A DNA stretch of 56,750 bases, from assembly GCA_018648825.1 (NCBI GenBank), contig JABGQL010000034.1, positions 1-56,750 of the forward strand, written 5' to 3'. The notes beneath the pieces are model-generated. The model was not told the origin of the DNA. It did not search any database and saw only the letters and a program-made list of their open reading frames with translations. Each line of letters begins with the position of its first letter. The stretch's first letter is position 1. A program made the position numbers and the translations under genes. Of this stretch, positions 25,809-37,060 are shown piece by piece. The DNA comes from Gammaproteobacteria bacterium (GTDB taxonomy: Bacteria; Pseudomonadota; Gammaproteobacteria; GCF-002020875).

Positions 25809-27485
25809 CTAACGCTTCATTGCGTCGAAGAAGTCCCCATTACTCTTGGTTGCACGCAACCTTTCCAATACAAACTCCATCGCTGCCAGCTCATCCATAG
25901 GATGAAGCACTTTGCGCAGCAGCCAGATCTTCTGCATCTCGTCCTCTTTCGTCAGCAGCTCTTCACGACGTGTGCCGGAGCGGTTGATGTTGATTGCAGG
26001 GAAGACACGCTTCTCAGCAATACGGCGATCCAGATGCAGCTCCATATTACCGGTACCCTTGAACTCTTCGTAGATGACATCATCCATTCTGGAACCGGTT
26101 TCGATCAGCGCCGTAGCGATGATGGTCAAACTACCCCCCTCTTCAATGTTACGTGCCGCACCGAAGAAACGCTTGGGGCGATGCAGTGCATTAGCATCGA
26201 CACCACCCGTCAACACCTTGCCCGATGAAGGAGCTACGGTATTGTAAGCACGTGCCAAACGGGTAATCGAGTCAAGTAGAATGACCACATCCTTCTTGTG
26301 CTCTACCATGCGCTTGGCCTTCTCGATCACCATTTCGGCAACCTGTACATGGCGTGACGCAGGCTCATCAAAGGTACTGGAGACCACTTCGCCCTTCACA
26401 GAGCGCTGCATCTCAGTCACCTCCTCCGGGCGCTCATCGATCAACAATACGATCATCGAAACCTCAGGATGGTTGTACTCAATCGCCTTGGCTATATTCT
26501 GAATGATAACCGTCTTACCCGCCTTAGGTGGAGAGACGATCAGGCCACGCTGCCCCTTACCAATCGGGGAGGCCAGATCGATCAGACGCGCTGTCAAATC
26601 TTCCGTACTGCCGTTACCACGCTCCATGGTGAGGCGATCATTGGCGTGCAGCGGGGTCAGATTCTCAAACAGCGTCTTGTGCTTACTCTTCTCTGGTGCC
26701 TCTTCATTGATGCTATCGACACGATGCAGTGCAAAGTAGCGCTCTCCCTTCTTAGGCGAGCGCACAGTACCGGTAACGGTATCACCATTACGGATACCAA
26801 AACGGCGAATTTGGTTGGGAGAGACATAGACATCATCTGGCCCAGCCAGATAGGAGTCATCCGCAGAGCGCAAGAAACCATAGCCATCCGGTAGAACCTC
26901 TAACACGCCACCCGCAAGAATAATGTCGCCCTGTCGCGCCAGTGCCTTGAGCAGGTTAAACACCAGATCCTGCTTACGCTGACGGTTCTGCAAGTTGATG
27001 TTGTTAGCGTTGGCAATCTCATGCAACTCAGGAACACTCTTAAGCTTGAGGTCCGTCAGATTCATGGTCTGAGGTTCGCGCTTTGGCCCCTCATCCTGCT
27101 GCTCTTCTGACTTACTATTCTGATGCTGGTTCTGCTGCCCCTGATTTTGATTCTGGTTCTGCCTCTGTTTCTGCTTTTGGTTATGTTTTTGTTTCTGGTT
27201 CTGGTTTTGGTTCTGACCATCCTCCTGTTTTTTCGGACCACTCTTGCGTGAGAGCGTACGCTTCTTACGTGCAGGGCGCTTGGCTGCTGGTGCTGCGGCT
27301 TCGGACTCTGCTGAAGGCTCAGCGGCGGTTACAGAAGGTTCCGCAACTGCAGTAGACTCTGCTTGCGCGGCTGGTGCGGCTTCTGCAACAGCAGGCTCTA
27401 CACTCTTCTGCTCAGTGGTTTCAGGCGCAGCGGCTTTTGCAGGTGCGATCTCGTCAGTAGACGGTTCTTGTGTTGATGTTGTCAT
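25809..27485 (-). CDS. rho: Transcription termination factor Rho with ~140-aa N-terminal low-complexity extension
   Basis: From MNLTDLK (ATG 27065) the protein matches my recollection of E. coli Rho almost residue for residue ([42 protein letters not shown]). The frame stays open 154 codons further upstream. The start could be 27485 (ATG), 27530 (TTG) or 27065. Confidence 0.9.
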   Translation of the reverse strand: MTTSTQEPSTDEIAPAKAAAPETTEQKSVEPAVAEAAPAAQAESTAVAEPSVTAAEPSAESEAAAPAAKRPARKKRTLSRKSGPKKQEDGQNQNQNQKQKHNQKQKQRQNQNQNQGQQNQHQNSKSEEQQDEGPKREPQTMNLTDLKLKSVPELHEIANANNINLQNRQRKQDLVFNLLKALARQGDIILAGGVLEVLPDGYGFLRSADDSYLAGPDDVYVSPNQIRRFGIRNGDTVTGTVRSPKKGERYFALHRVDSINEEAPEKSKHKTLFENLTPLHANDRLTMERGNGSTEDLTARLIDLASPIGKGQRGLIVSPPKAGKTVIIQNIAKAIEYNHPEVSMIVLLIDERPEEVTEMQRSVKGEVVSSTFDEPASRHVQVAEMVIEKAKRMVEHKKDVVILLDSITRLARAYNTVAPSSGKVLTGGVDANALHRPKRFFGAARNIEEGGSLTIIATALIETGSRMDDVIYEEFKGTGNMELHLDRRIAEKRVFPAININRSGTRREELLTKEDEMQKIWLLRKVLHPMDELAAMEFVLERLRATKSNGDFFDAMKR

Positions 27486-27576
27486 TGATAGAAAAAAAAG
27501 GGGGAAAACAGAAAAAGAGTGGCTACCCAAGAGGTTTCAGAACTGAAGCGGGCTACCAGAAAATAAAGGGGGACTC

Positions 27577-27616
27577 AAAAACTAAACGAGATGGCCCAAC
27601 CCTTGGTTGGGCCATC
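27577..27616 (-). terminator. Intrinsic terminator of trxA
   Basis: Minus strand reads GATGGCCCAACC-AAG-GGTTGGGCCATC followed by TCGTTTAGTTTTT. Confidence 0.7.
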
Positions 27617-27630
27617 TACAGAACAGAATC

Positions 27631-27957
27631 TTATAGATTCTCCTCAAGGAAGGCAGAGAGCTGTGATTTATTCACTGCACCTACTTTGGTTGCCTCAACC
27701 GCGCCCTCTTTATAGAGCATCAGGGTTGGGATACCGCGAATACCAAATTTAGGTGGCGTATTTGGGTTCTCATCAATATTGAGTTTCGCCACCTTCACAC
27801 GCCCTGCATATTCGCCAGCGATCTCTTCCAGTACAGGGCCGATCATCTTGCAGGGGCCACACCACTCTGCCCAGAAATCTACCAATACTGGCAACTCAGC
27901 GGCCAATACCTCATCGTCGAAACTGTCATCGGTGATATAGACGATATCGTCACTCAT
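27631..27957 (-). CDS. trxA: Thioredoxin 1
   Basis: [12 protein letters not shown] and GIRGIPTL; 108 aa; rhlB/trxA/rho synteny. Confidence 0.95.
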   Translation of the reverse strand: MSDDIVYITDDSFDDEVLAAELPVLVDFWAEWCGPCKMIGPVLEEIAGEYAGRVKVAKLNIDENPNTPPKFGIRGIPTLMLYKEGAVEATKVGAVNKSQLSAFLEENL

Positions 27958-28252
27958 GGTTCACGCTCTCCTTAAAAGGGAAATTTTTCAGGGCAGATAT
28001 CGAACTGATATGGGCCTGACATTTTGGCAACAGACTAAAGCCTGCTGCAACATTTTGTAACTTTAAAATTCAGATCTGTCACCTTATCAACGCTATTACT
28101 TTGTAACTCAGATATAGTGGAGTCAAACCAGCAGAACGCTGAAGAGGGGATTAGATTTCTGTTTATTTCAGCTTAATCACCGTAACAATGCAAGCCTTTT
28201 ATTTATACAGATTGTTAAGGCTGGATCAAACTTTCTGTTATCCTCCGTTTTC

Positions 28253-29572
28253 ATGAGCTTAGAACAAGAAAACACAGACAAACAATCACACCTCTCTGAC
28301 ACCCCCTTCTCCTCTCTGGAGCTCTCACCCGAGCTCGCTCGTGGTGTTGAAGCGTGCGGATTTGAGTTCTGCACCCCCATTCAAGCAGACACTCTGCCGC
28401 TGGCACTACAGGGAAAAGACATCGCTGGTCAAGCACAGACCGGTACTGGAAAATCAGCCGCCTTCCTGTTGGCAACGATGGATCGACTGATCAGACACTC
28501 TCCTCCCGGATGGAAAAAGCTCAACCAGCCACGCGCGCTAATCCTCGCCCCCACCCGCGAACTGGCAATACAGATTCATCACGATGCAGAACAGCTGGGC
28601 CGCTTCACCGAACTCAAGCTGGGCCTCGCCTATGGCGGCACCGGCTATGATTCACAGCGCAAAGCGATTGAAGAGGGGCTGGACATTCTAATCGGCACCC
28701 CTGGCCGCATCATCGACTACTTCAAGCAGCACGTCTTCGACCTCAAAGCCGCTGAAGTGGTAGTGATGGATGAGGCCGACCGCATGTTTGACCTTGGCTT
28801 CATTAAAGACATTCGTTATCTGATGAACCGCTGCCCCAAACCAGAGAAGCGTCAGAGCATGCTCTTCTCCGCCACCCTCTCCTTCCGGGTGATGGAGCTG
28901 GCCTACGATCAGATGAACAAACCGGAAGAGATCAAGATTGAACCAGAGAAGGTAACCGCAGCCAAAATCAACGAGATCATCTACTACCCCGCGAATAACG
29001 AAAAGATCCCACTACTGATCGGGTTAATGAAGACCCTTGAGCCACACCGTAGCATCGTCTTCGTCAACACCAAATATGAGGCCGACAAGGTATGGAGCTT
29101 CCTCGAAGGAAATGGCTACCCTGCTGCAGTACTCTCCGGTGATGTACCCCAGAAGAAGCGCCAACAGCTGTTAGAAAAATTCCAACAGGGCGAAGTATCC
29201 GTATTGGTTGCCACCGATGTAGCCGCACGCGGGATACATGTCCCTGAGGTGAGTCATGTCTTCAACTATGATCTACCTCAGGACTGTGAAGACTACGTAC
29301 ACCGCATCGGTCGTACTGCTCGCGCAGGTGCCAGCGGTGATGCCGTCAGCCTCGCCTGTGAGAAATACTCTTTCTCACTACCTGAGATTGAGACCTATAT
29401 CGACCACAAAATCCCCGTTGGTAGCATCTCCAACAGCCTGTTGGCTGAGCTTAAACCCCCTGTGAAGCGCCCAACGCGAGATCGTGGCGGCAAGCCGGGG
29501 AATCGTAAACCCAACAATGGACGGCATGGAAAACCTCATTCAGGACACCGTAATGGACAGCGCAGACGTTAA
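28253..29572 (+). CDS. rhlB: DEAD-box ATP-dependent RNA helicase RhlB
   Basis: Q-motif F..L.L, AQTGTGKS, DEAD, SAT and HRIGRTARAG, with a basic R/K-rich tail. Confidence 0.9.
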   Translation: MSLEQENTDKQSHLSDTPFSSLELSPELARGVEACGFEFCTPIQADTLPLALQGKDIAGQAQTGTGKSAAFLLATMDRLIRHSPPGWKKLNQPRALILAPTRELAIQIHHDAEQLGRFTELKLGLAYGGTGYDSQRKAIEEGLDILIGTPGRIIDYFKQHVFDLKAAEVVVMDEADRMFDLGFIKDIRYLMNRCPKPEKRQSMLFSATLSFRVMELAYDQMNKPEEIKIEPEKVTAAKINEIIYYPANNEKIPLLIGLMKTLEPHRSIVFVNTKYEADKVWSFLEGNGYPAAVLSGDVPQKKRQQLLEKFQQGEVSVLVATDVAARGIHVPEVSHVFNYDLPQDCEDYVHRIGRTARAGASGDAVSLACEKYSFSLPEIETYIDHKIPVGSISNSLLAELKPPVKRPTRDRGGKPGNRKPNNGRHGKPHSGHRNGQRRR

Positions 29573-29611
29573 CTCCGCTTCAAATCGGTAAAGAGCAACA
29601 AACCAAAAGCG

Positions 29612-31507
29612 CTAGTTCTCGCCTTTCAAAGAGGACAACGTACGCTTCTTCAGGTGAATCCGTAACAGTGAAAGCGCAGCCGGAGTAACGCCAGAGATAC
29701 GTCCCGCCATCCCCAGTGTCGCTGGGCGCTGACGCGAAAGCTTCTCTTGTATCTCAATAGAGAGCCCAGAGACCTGACTGTAATCTAGCCCCTCTGGCAG
29801 CTTCATCTCTTGGTGGCGACGGTTCTTTTCAATCTCTTGCTGCTGACGCTCGATATAGCCAGCATACTTGGCCTGTATCTCTACCTGCTCCACCACGCTC
29901 TCAGGCAGCTGTAGATCTTCTACCACCTCCAGCGTCATCAGTTCCCGATAACGGACATCAGGACGTGCCAACAGATCCATTAAGCTATGCTCTCGGCGCA
30001 TCGGTTTACCCAACACACGCTCTGCCTCTGTGTCACTCATCGACTGTGGGCGCAGCCACTGCTGTTTCAGTCGCTGCTGCTCTGCATGGATCGCATCTCG
30101 TTTACTTTGAAAGGCTCCCCAGCGTGGATCATCGACCAATCCTAAATTCCGCCCCTGCTCAGTGAGGCGCAGATCGGCATTGTCTTCTCGCAATAGCAGT
30201 CGATACTCGGCACGACTGGTAAACATGCGGTAGGGCTCTTTGGTCCCTCGGGTAATCAGATCATCAATCATCACCCCGATATAGCTCTCATCCCGCTTCG
30301 GTGACCACGCCTCCTGCTCCTGTACTCTACGTGCGGCATTACACCCCGCAATCAACCCTTGTGCTGCTGCCTCTTCATACCCCGTGGTGCCATTGATCTG
30401 CCCAGCAAAGAAGAGTCCCTGTAGCGCATGGGTCTCTAACGAGGGCTTAAGGTCTCGTGGGTCAAAAAAGTCATACTCAATGGCGTAGCCGGGGCGGGTG
30501 ATATGGGCCTGCTCAAACCCCTTGATGGAGCGCACCAAATTGATCTGCACATCAAACGGCAGGCTGGTAGAGATCCCGTTGGGGTAGATCTCATGAGTGG
30601 TTAGCCCCTCTGGCTCAACAAAGATCTGGTGCGAATCACGCTCTGCGAAGCGGACGACTTTATCCTCCACCGAAGGGCAGTAGCGCGGCCCCACCCCCTC
30701 AATGACACCGCTATACATTGGCGAACGGTCAAGCCCACCACGAATCACTTCATGGGTCTGTTCATTGGTGTAGGTGATCCAGCACGGCAGCTGCTGCGGG
30801 TGTTGCGCACGATCACCGAGATAGGAGAAGACGGGGGTAGGGTCATCACCCGGCTGCTTCTTCAACTGACTGTAGTCGATGCTACGCCCATCAATCCGCG
30901 GCGGGGTACCGGTCTTCAGTCGCTCGACACGAAACGGCAGCTCTCGCAGACGATCGGCCAAACGAATCGAGGGTGGATCACCCATGCGCCCACCAGAGGA
31001 TTGAGACAGCCCCACATGAATAATGCCGTTGAGAAAGGTCCCTGCAGTCAGCACTACGCTCTTGGTCTGAATACGGATACCCGATTGCGTCACCACACCC
31101 GTAACTCGCTCACCCTCTACCATCAAATCATCTGCGGACTGCTGAAAAAGTGTGAGATTGGGCTGATTCTCTAACTGGGTACGCACCGCCTGTTTGTAGA
31201 GCTGACGATCAGCCTGTGCACGGGTCGCCTGTACCGCCGCCCCTTTACTGCTATTGAGGATACGAAACTGGATACCGGCTTGATCAGTCGCATGAGCCAT
31301 AAACCCACCCAGCGCATCGACCTCTTTGACCAGATGCCCCTTACCAATCCCACCAATGGCAGGATTGCAGCTCATCTGCCCTAGGGTTTCGATATTGTGG
31401 GTCAATAACAGTGTGCGTACCCCCATACGCGCGGATGCCAGTGCAGCCTCGGTGCCTGCATGCCCCCCGCCTATAACGATAACGTCAAATGTTTCTGGAT
31501 ACTCCAT
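29612..31507 (-). CDS. mnmG: tRNA uridine 5-carboxymethylaminomethyl modification enzyme MnmG (GidA)
   Basis: [23 protein letters not shown] and [19 protein letters not shown]. Confidence 0.97.
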   Translation of the reverse strand: MEYPETFDVIVIGGGHAGTEAALASARMGVRTLLLTHNIETLGQMSCNPAIGGIGKGHLVKEVDALGGFMAHATDQAGIQFRILNSSKGAAVQATRAQADRQLYKQAVRTQLENQPNLTLFQQSADDLMVEGERVTGVVTQSGIRIQTKSVVLTAGTFLNGIIHVGLSQSSGGRMGDPPSIRLADRLRELPFRVERLKTGTPPRIDGRSIDYSQLKKQPGDDPTPVFSYLGDRAQHPQQLPCWITYTNEQTHEVIRGGLDRSPMYSGVIEGVGPRYCPSVEDKVVRFAERDSHQIFVEPEGLTTHEIYPNGISTSLPFDVQINLVRSIKGFEQAHITRPGYAIEYDFFDPRDLKPSLETHALQGLFFAGQINGTTGYEEAAAQGLIAGCNAARRVQEQEAWSPKRDESYIGVMIDDLITRGTKEPYRMFTSRAEYRLLLREDNADLRLTEQGRNLGLVDDPRWGAFQSKRDAIHAEQQRLKQQWLRPQSMSDTEAERVLGKPMRREHSLMDLLARPDVRYRELMTLEVVEDLQLPESVVEQVEIQAKYAGYIERQQQEIEKNRRHQEMKLPEGLDYSQVSGLSIEIQEKLSRQRPATLGMAGRISGVTPAALSLLRIHLKKRTLSSLKGEN

Positions 31508-31516
31508 GGCGGGGCA

Positions 31517-32317
31517 TTATACGCCGTCACCGTAACGAATTTGGTACCAGATCATTCCACCCCACTCGTGCAGGAAGCTGACATTGCCTTTGAGTGAGCC
31601 TGAACTGGGCCGCCACTGCCCCAACCCTTGATCGATCACGCTTCGGGTGGTGAATTTGGTGGGTGCCGCTACCACGGTTAGCCCCTCCACCTCTGGGGAT
31701 TGCTGAAACACGCGCAGTGAACGTGGCATGTGCGAGGCGTGTGTCACCAGCAACATCAACCTCACCCCCTTCTGTTTTAGGATGGGTGGTACAAACTGGG
31801 CATGCTCCCAAGTGTTTACACTCTGCCTCTCCTGCCAGACATCACTGACACCGAAGTCTTGCCACAGGCTATCTGCCATCAATTGGGACTCTGGCACCTC
31901 CTCATCGAGTGGCGTACCTCCAGTCACCAGCAGTGGAAACCCTGTCTTCTTATGCAACCAAGCCCCATAGCGCAGCCGCTCCAAGGTTGATCGCCCCACC
32001 ACATCGCCGCCAAATTCCGGGGCGGCGGTATAACGCCCACCGCCAAGCACCACAATCGCAGCCAGCTCATCTTCATCAATCAGCGGAACCTCAGACAGTG
32101 GCGGCACCACCTCCAATGCGGTGGCAAGTCGATAGTTGAGCCATGGGGTACTCAAGAGATAGAGCATCACCGTAGCAACCAACACCAAAAACCAGGCAAA
32201 ACGGCGCAACCACCCCGCCAACAGCAATGCCAACACCATCAATAATAAAATGCCTCCGGGGGGCATCAACCAGGATTCAATCAGCCGGATTGTTTCAATC
32301 ATCATCTGTGCAATCAT
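31517..32317 (-). CDS. DUF218 (YdcF/ElyC/SanA-like) membrane-anchored protein
   Basis: N-terminal TM helices, IVVLGGG and LVTHASHMPRS motifs. Confidence 0.7.
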   Translation of the reverse strand: MIAQMMIETIRLIESWLMPPGGILLLMVLALLLAGWLRRFAWFLVLVATVMLYLLSTPWLNYRLATALEVVPPLSEVPLIDEDELAAIVVLGGGRYTAAPEFGGDVVGRSTLERLRYGAWLHKKTGFPLLVTGGTPLDEEVPESQLMADSLWQDFGVSDVWQERQSVNTWEHAQFVPPILKQKGVRLMLLVTHASHMPRSLRVFQQSPEVEGLTVVAAPTKFTTRSVIDQGLGQWRPSSGSLKGNVSFLHEWGGMIWYQIRYGDGV

Positions 32318-32440
32318 ACCGCTCTGAAATACAGTGTTTCGTCATTTTTATGCCCTTCCCATCCAGGCGGCGCGATTGTATAATACAATCTTTCAATAGA
32401 CCACTTGATTACTAATCAAGAGAACATGACCAACCATTTT

Positions 32441-33226
32441 ATGAATAAAACCATAACTGCCGCTCTACTGCTGAGCCTCTCCGCCCCAATGACCAGCGCA
32501 TGGGCTGTCGAAACACTGGACCCTGTGGTGGTTATTGCCTCTCCTGAAGCAGAGCTTGAATCAGACCCGCTAGAAAATTACAACCGAGCCATATTCGAAT
32601 TTAATGAGTCTTTTGATAACAACTTAATGAAGCCCGTTGCGGAGGGGTATCGTGAGATCATGCCAGACCCCGCCGAACGCGGTGTCAGCAACTTCTTCAG
32701 CAATCTGCGCGAACCATTCAACATCCTCAACAACTTGCTACAGTTTAAGCTGGAGGATGCAGTTTCTGATACGGTTCGTTTCGGCATCAACACCACAATC
32801 GGCATCTTCGGTATCTTTGATGTTGCCTCTGAGGCGGGCATTCCTAAACACAATGAAGATTTAGGACAGACCCTAGCCGTATGGGGGGTGGATAGCGGCC
32901 CCTATTTTGTGCTGCCACTGTTTGGCCCCAGCACAATGCGTGACACCGCAGGCATCGCCAGTGAGATGTGGATCGGCAACACCGTAGAGGTGGGCAATAC
33001 CCAACTCTTCAACCCCACCGGAGAGATCACCCCAGCCAACGCGGAGAATGCAACCATTGCGACCAAGATGGTCAGTAAACGCGCCGACCTACTGGAAGAG
33101 AAAGAGATGGCCGATGCCGCCAGCTTTGACAACTACGCCTTTATCCGCGATGCCTATCTGCAGAAGCGCGAGAGCCTGATCTTTGATGGCAATGTGCCAC
33201 TGCAAGAGCTACCCGCTGACTTCTAA
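32441..33226 (+). CDS. mlaA: MlaA/VacJ family outer-membrane lipid asymmetry protein
   Basis: DPLE..NR..F.FN...D, N.LQ, R...N...G..G..DVA and GPY.VLP..GPST.RD. No obvious lipobox Cys in the signal region. Start trimmed to MNKTIT. Confidence 0.8.
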   Translation: MNKTITAALLLSLSAPMTSAWAVETLDPVVVIASPEAELESDPLENYNRAIFEFNESFDNNLMKPVAEGYREIMPDPAERGVSNFFSNLREPFNILNNLLQFKLEDAVSDTVRFGINTTIGIFGIFDVASEAGIPKHNEDLGQTLAVWGVDSGPYFVLPLFGPSTMRDTAGIASEMWIGNTVEVGNTQLFNPTGEITPANAENATIATKMVSKRADLLEEKEMADAASFDNYAFIRDAYLQKRESLIFDGNVPLQELPADF

Positions 33227-33238
33227 ATAGCCCGTACA

Positions 33239-33895
33239 ATGGAGCCCGATCACTGGCACCTGCGCTGGCAGCAGGGGCGTACCGGTTTTCACACCGGAGA
33301 GCCCAACCCTTGGCTGGAGCGCTTCTACCCTGAGCTGGGGCTAAACAGCGGCGATACAGTACTGCTTCCGCTCTGCGGTAAGGCGGTCGATCTGGTTTGG
33401 CTGGCCCAACACAAGCACAATGTACTCGGTGTCGAGCTGAGTGAGATCGCCCTGCAACACTTCTTTGAAGAGCAGCAACTGGCAGCAGTCCGCAGCCAGC
33501 AGCCTCCATTTACCCAATGGGAGAGCGGCCCCATCACGCTATTGGAGGGGGACTTCTTCGACCTTGCCCCGCAGCAGACTGTCGACTGTCGAGCCGTATT
33601 TGACCGTGCCGCGCTGGTCGCCCTGCCTGCAGAGATGCGACAACGCTATGTGGCGCATCTCGCCACGCTGCTCAGTAGTGGAACAACCATTCTGCTGGTC
33701 ACCACCGACTATCCACAACAAGAGAAGACCCCACCTCCATTCGCTGTAAGTGACACGGAGGTACAACAGCTCTATCGAGACGCATTTGAGGTGGAGCAGC
33801 TACACAGTGAAGACCTTAGCCACTCACAAGATCCACTCTCCAAGCGGGGCGTGACTGCGCTGATAGAGAATATCTACCGTATAACCCGGCAATAA
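33239..33895 (+). CDS. tpm: Thiopurine S-methyltransferase
   Basis: W..RW..G...FH, VLLPLCGK..DL.WL, GVELSE.A and FDRAALVALP. Confidence 0.85.
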   Translation: MEPDHWHLRWQQGRTGFHTGEPNPWLERFYPELGLNSGDTVLLPLCGKAVDLVWLAQHKHNVLGVELSEIALQHFFEEQQLAAVRSQQPPFTQWESGPITLLEGDFFDLAPQQTVDCRAVFDRAALVALPAEMRQRYVAHLATLLSSGTTILLVTTDYPQQEKTPPPFAVSDTEVQQLYRDAFEVEQLHSEDLSHSQDPLSKRGVTALIENIYRITRQ

Positions 33896-33906
33896 CCACC
33901 CCTTGG

Positions 33907-34158
33907 CTACCCCTTATTAGAGGCGGCGTGGTAGTTGGCAACCATCCGCTCCAGCTGGCTAGCAGGAATAAACTGCTGCCACTCTTCAACAGGAATATTG
34001 TTCATCGCGGTTGCAGAGAAGCCACCACACTGATCACACTCAAAGAAGAAGACATGCTTGCCTTGGCAACCAGTATCCAGCGCTGAATCGTCCAGCACCA
34101 AGGTACCTTGAGCGCACTTAGGGCACGCCAGTGAAAAGGGTTGTGAGGGGAAGCTCAT
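33907..34158 (-). CDS. Small Cys-rich (zinc-ribbon-like) hypothetical protein
   Basis: CPKC ... ECDQCGG. The start overlaps the upstream GNAT stop (ATGA), suggesting translational coupling. Confidence 0.4.
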   Translation of the reverse strand: MSFPSQPFSLACPKCAQGTLVLDDSALDTGCQGKHVFFFECDQCGGFSATAMNNIPVEEWQQFIPASQLERMVANYHAASNKG

Positions 34159-34646
34159 GCAGCTACCTCGCTGGGCTCAGGCTTGAAGTTAATCTCATAG
34201 TAGCGGGTACCAGGGTTGGGGTTGTTTCGATAGTCCGGGATCTGATAAAAACCGATCTTCTCATACAACTCTTGCGCTGCCCCCATACTCGGAATGGAGT
34301 CGAGCCGCATCTTTTGGTAACCCGCCTTCTCCGCCTCAATCAGCAGAGTCATCACCAACCCTCTCCCAATACCGCTTCCACGAAAACGGGGGGAGACATA
34401 GAGCCGTTTCATTTCACAGATCCCATCTTCCAGAGGATGAAAGGCGACACAGCCTGCTGGGTTTTGATCTTGGTGCGCCAATAGCATGACCCCTTTGGGG
34501 GGGCCATAGTGATGCTCTAGCTGTTGAAACTCAGCCTCCACATTCAACAGTGCAGGGTCATTGGGACGGCTATCGATATATTCACGCAGCAGCACTCTCA
34601 CCGCTGCAAAATGTACTTCAGAGTCTATAGATTGAATCTTGATCAT
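34155..34646 (-). CDS. GNAT-family N-acetyltransferase
   Basis: RLYVSPRFRGSGIGRGLV (acetyl-CoA binding Q/R-x-x-G-x-G/A motif). Confidence 0.8.
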   Translation of the reverse strand: MIKIQSIDSEVHFAAVRVLLREYIDSRPNDPALLNVEAEFQQLEHHYGPPKGVMLLAHQDQNPAGCVAFHPLEDGICEMKRLYVSPRFRGSGIGRGLVMTLLIEAEKAGYQKMRLDSIPSMGAAQELYEKIGFYQIPDYRNNPNPGTRYYEINFKPEPSEVAA

Positions 34647-34649
34647 ACG

Positions 34650-34997
34650 CTATAGAATATCCAAGACCTGCTCAGGAGGGCGACCCACTGCTGCTCTATC
34701 TCCATTTACCACAATCGGGCGCTCAATCACCTTAGGGTTGGCAACCATCTTCTCAATCTGCTCAGCTCGACTTAAACCCGCCTGATCTAGCCCAGACTCT
34801 TTGTACTCTGCCTCTTTCTTACGCATCAACGCCTCTGGCTCCAGACCCAGCATAGTCAAAATCTGATCCAACTCCGCTACGGTTGGTGGCACCTCCAAAT
34901 ACTTTACAATCTCAGGTTGGATCTCTCTGCCCTCAATCAACTCCAGTGTCTGGCGTGATTTGGAACAGCGGGGGTTGTGGTAGATCTTTACGCTCAT
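34650..34997 (-). CDS. arsC: Arsenate reductase (glutaredoxin-coupled ArsC family)
   Basis: IYHNPRCSKSRQTL ... ERPIVV ... RPPEQVLDIL matches my recollection of E. coli ArsC along its length. Start is 34997 or 35009. Confidence 0.8.
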   Translation of the reverse strand: MSVKIYHNPRCSKSRQTLELIEGREIQPEIVKYLEVPPTVAELDQILTMLGLEPEALMRKKEAEYKESGLDQAGLSRAEQIEKMVANPKVIERPIVVNGDRAAVGRPPEQVLDIL

Positions 34998-35110
34998 CTT
35001 CTCTTTCATCCTTAAAAACCATGCAATCGTGTCAAGAATACAGAATTCCGACTGATAAAAAAACCCCCCAACTAAGCTGGGGGTTAGATGCCAACAGTTA
35101 TTCCCGCCCG

Positions 35111-36373
35111 CTATTTACCTGCATTAGTAAACTCAGGATAGGCCTCCATACCACACTCTGCATAGTCGGCTCCCGCAGCCTCCTCCTCTTCACTGATGCG
35201 GATACCCATAAACATCTTGATCACCATCCAAACCACTAGGCTCGCACCAAATACCCAGCCGAAGATGACACCCGCCCCCACCAGCTGCCCAATAAAGGTT
35301 GCTCCACTGTTGGTCACCGGCACCATCATCAAGCCAAAGAGACCGACCACACCGTGGACCGAGATTGCACCCACCGGATCATCAATACGCAGCTTATCCA
35401 AGGTCACGATGGAGAAGACCACCAATACACCCGCAACCATGCCAATAAGTGTTGCCATCATCGGGGTAGGGGTCGATGGCTCTGCAGTAATGGCAACCAG
35501 CCCTGCCAGCGCACCATTCAGCGTCATCGTCAGGTCCGCCTTACCAAACATGATCCGCGCTACAACTAATGCGATAAATGCACCACCAGCCGCCGCCGCA
35601 TTGGTATTAAGGAATACCATCGCAACCGAGTGTGCACTGGCAATATCCCCTAGCTTAAGCACCGAGCCCCCATTAAACCCAAACCACCCCATCCACAGGA
35701 TAAAGGTACCAAGCGTTGCCAGTGGCAAATTGGCACCCGGAATAGCACGTACTGAACCATCCTTGCCATACTTACCCTTACGTGGCCCCAATAGCAGCAC
35801 ACCTGCCAGCGCCGCAGAGGCACCTGCCATATGCACAATACCTGAACCTGCAAAGTCACTAAACTCCAGCGTAAAGAGACCAAATACCGCCTTACCCCCC
35901 CAAGTCCAAGAGCCCTCTAACGGGTAGATCACAGCGGTCATCACTACCGCAAAGGCGAGGAAGGCCCAAAGCTTCATACGCTCGGCCACAGCGCCCGAGA
36001 CAATCGACATTGCCGTAGCCACAAACACCACTTGGAAGAAGAAGTCCGATGCCCCAGAGTAGACTGACTCACCATGAAAGCCTTTTTCTGCTGAGGCCTT
36101 CAGTGCATCTTCCACCAATGTTTCACTACCCGTGATACCACTGAGGAAGTAACCACCACCGTACATCAGCTCATACCCTACCAACAGATACATGATGCAG
36201 GAGATCGCAAATAGGCTCACATTTTTGGTTAGGATCTCCGTAGTATTTTTAGAGCGTACCAACCCCGCCTCCAACATCGCAAAGCCTGCCGCCATCCACA
36301 TCACCAGTGCACCAGACACCAGAAAGTAGAAGGTATCCATCGCATACTGCAGTTCATAAATTTGATTTTCCAT
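35111..36373 (-). CDS. amtB: Ammonium transporter
   Basis: DFAGSGIVHM, FGFNGGS and VHGVVG motifs; downstream of glnK. The ATG at 36373 is preceded by AAGGA. Confidence 0.92.
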   Translation of the reverse strand: MENQIYELQYAMDTFYFLVSGALVMWMAAGFAMLEAGLVRSKNTTEILTKNVSLFAISCIMYLLVGYELMYGGGYFLSGITGSETLVEDALKASAEKGFHGESVYSGASDFFFQVVFVATAMSIVSGAVAERMKLWAFLAFAVVMTAVIYPLEGSWTWGGKAVFGLFTLEFSDFAGSGIVHMAGASAALAGVLLLGPRKGKYGKDGSVRAIPGANLPLATLGTFILWMGWFGFNGGSVLKLGDIASAHSVAMVFLNTNAAAAGGAFIALVVARIMFGKADLTMTLNGALAGLVAITAEPSTPTPMMATLIGMVAGVLVVFSIVTLDKLRIDDPVGAISVHGVVGLFGLMMVPVTNSGATFIGQLVGAGVIFGWVFGASLVVWMVIKMFMGIRISEEEEAAGADYAECGMEAYPEFTNAGK

Positions 36374-36391
36374 CTGATTTTCCTTGTTTAG

Positions 36392-36591
36392 GGAGCCTCT
36401 GAACAAGTCAGGGTAATTTAAATCGCGTCCATAGCGTTCAAGATCAAGGCGAAGATCGCAGCCAATACCCCAGGGTACCCTCTCTTGCGCAAGCGCAATT
36501 CACCTTGTAGTCAGCTATTAGTAAGATTTTCAACGAAGATATTGGACGCTATGGGCGTTAGGCATTTACACATGACTTATTCAGGGGCTCC
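36392..36591. repeat. ~200-nt inverted-repeat element filling the glnK-amtB spacer
   Basis: Outer arms 36392-36410 and 36573-36591 are complementary at 17/19. Inner arms CCATAGCG (36429-36436) and CGCTATGG (36547-36554) are complementary at 8/8. Confidence 0.65.
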
Positions 36592-36942
<351 letters not shown>

Positions 36943-36969
36943 TTATTGATACTCAGTACCAACCTCTAG

Positions 36970-36985
36970 AGCAACACCTATGCCA
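36970..36985 (-). promoter_or_regulatory. Sigma-54 promoter of glnK (TGGCAT-N5-TTGCT)
   Basis: The minus strand reads TGGCATAGGTGTTGCT about 40 nt upstream of the glnK ATG. It matches the TGGCAC-N5-TTGCW consensus. Confidence 0.65.
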
Positions 36986-37060
36986 TACTTATAAAATGAT
37001 TATTATTCAGTTAGATAGGCGATTATCGAACAATAAAATCGCCAGATAAGGAGATATTCA

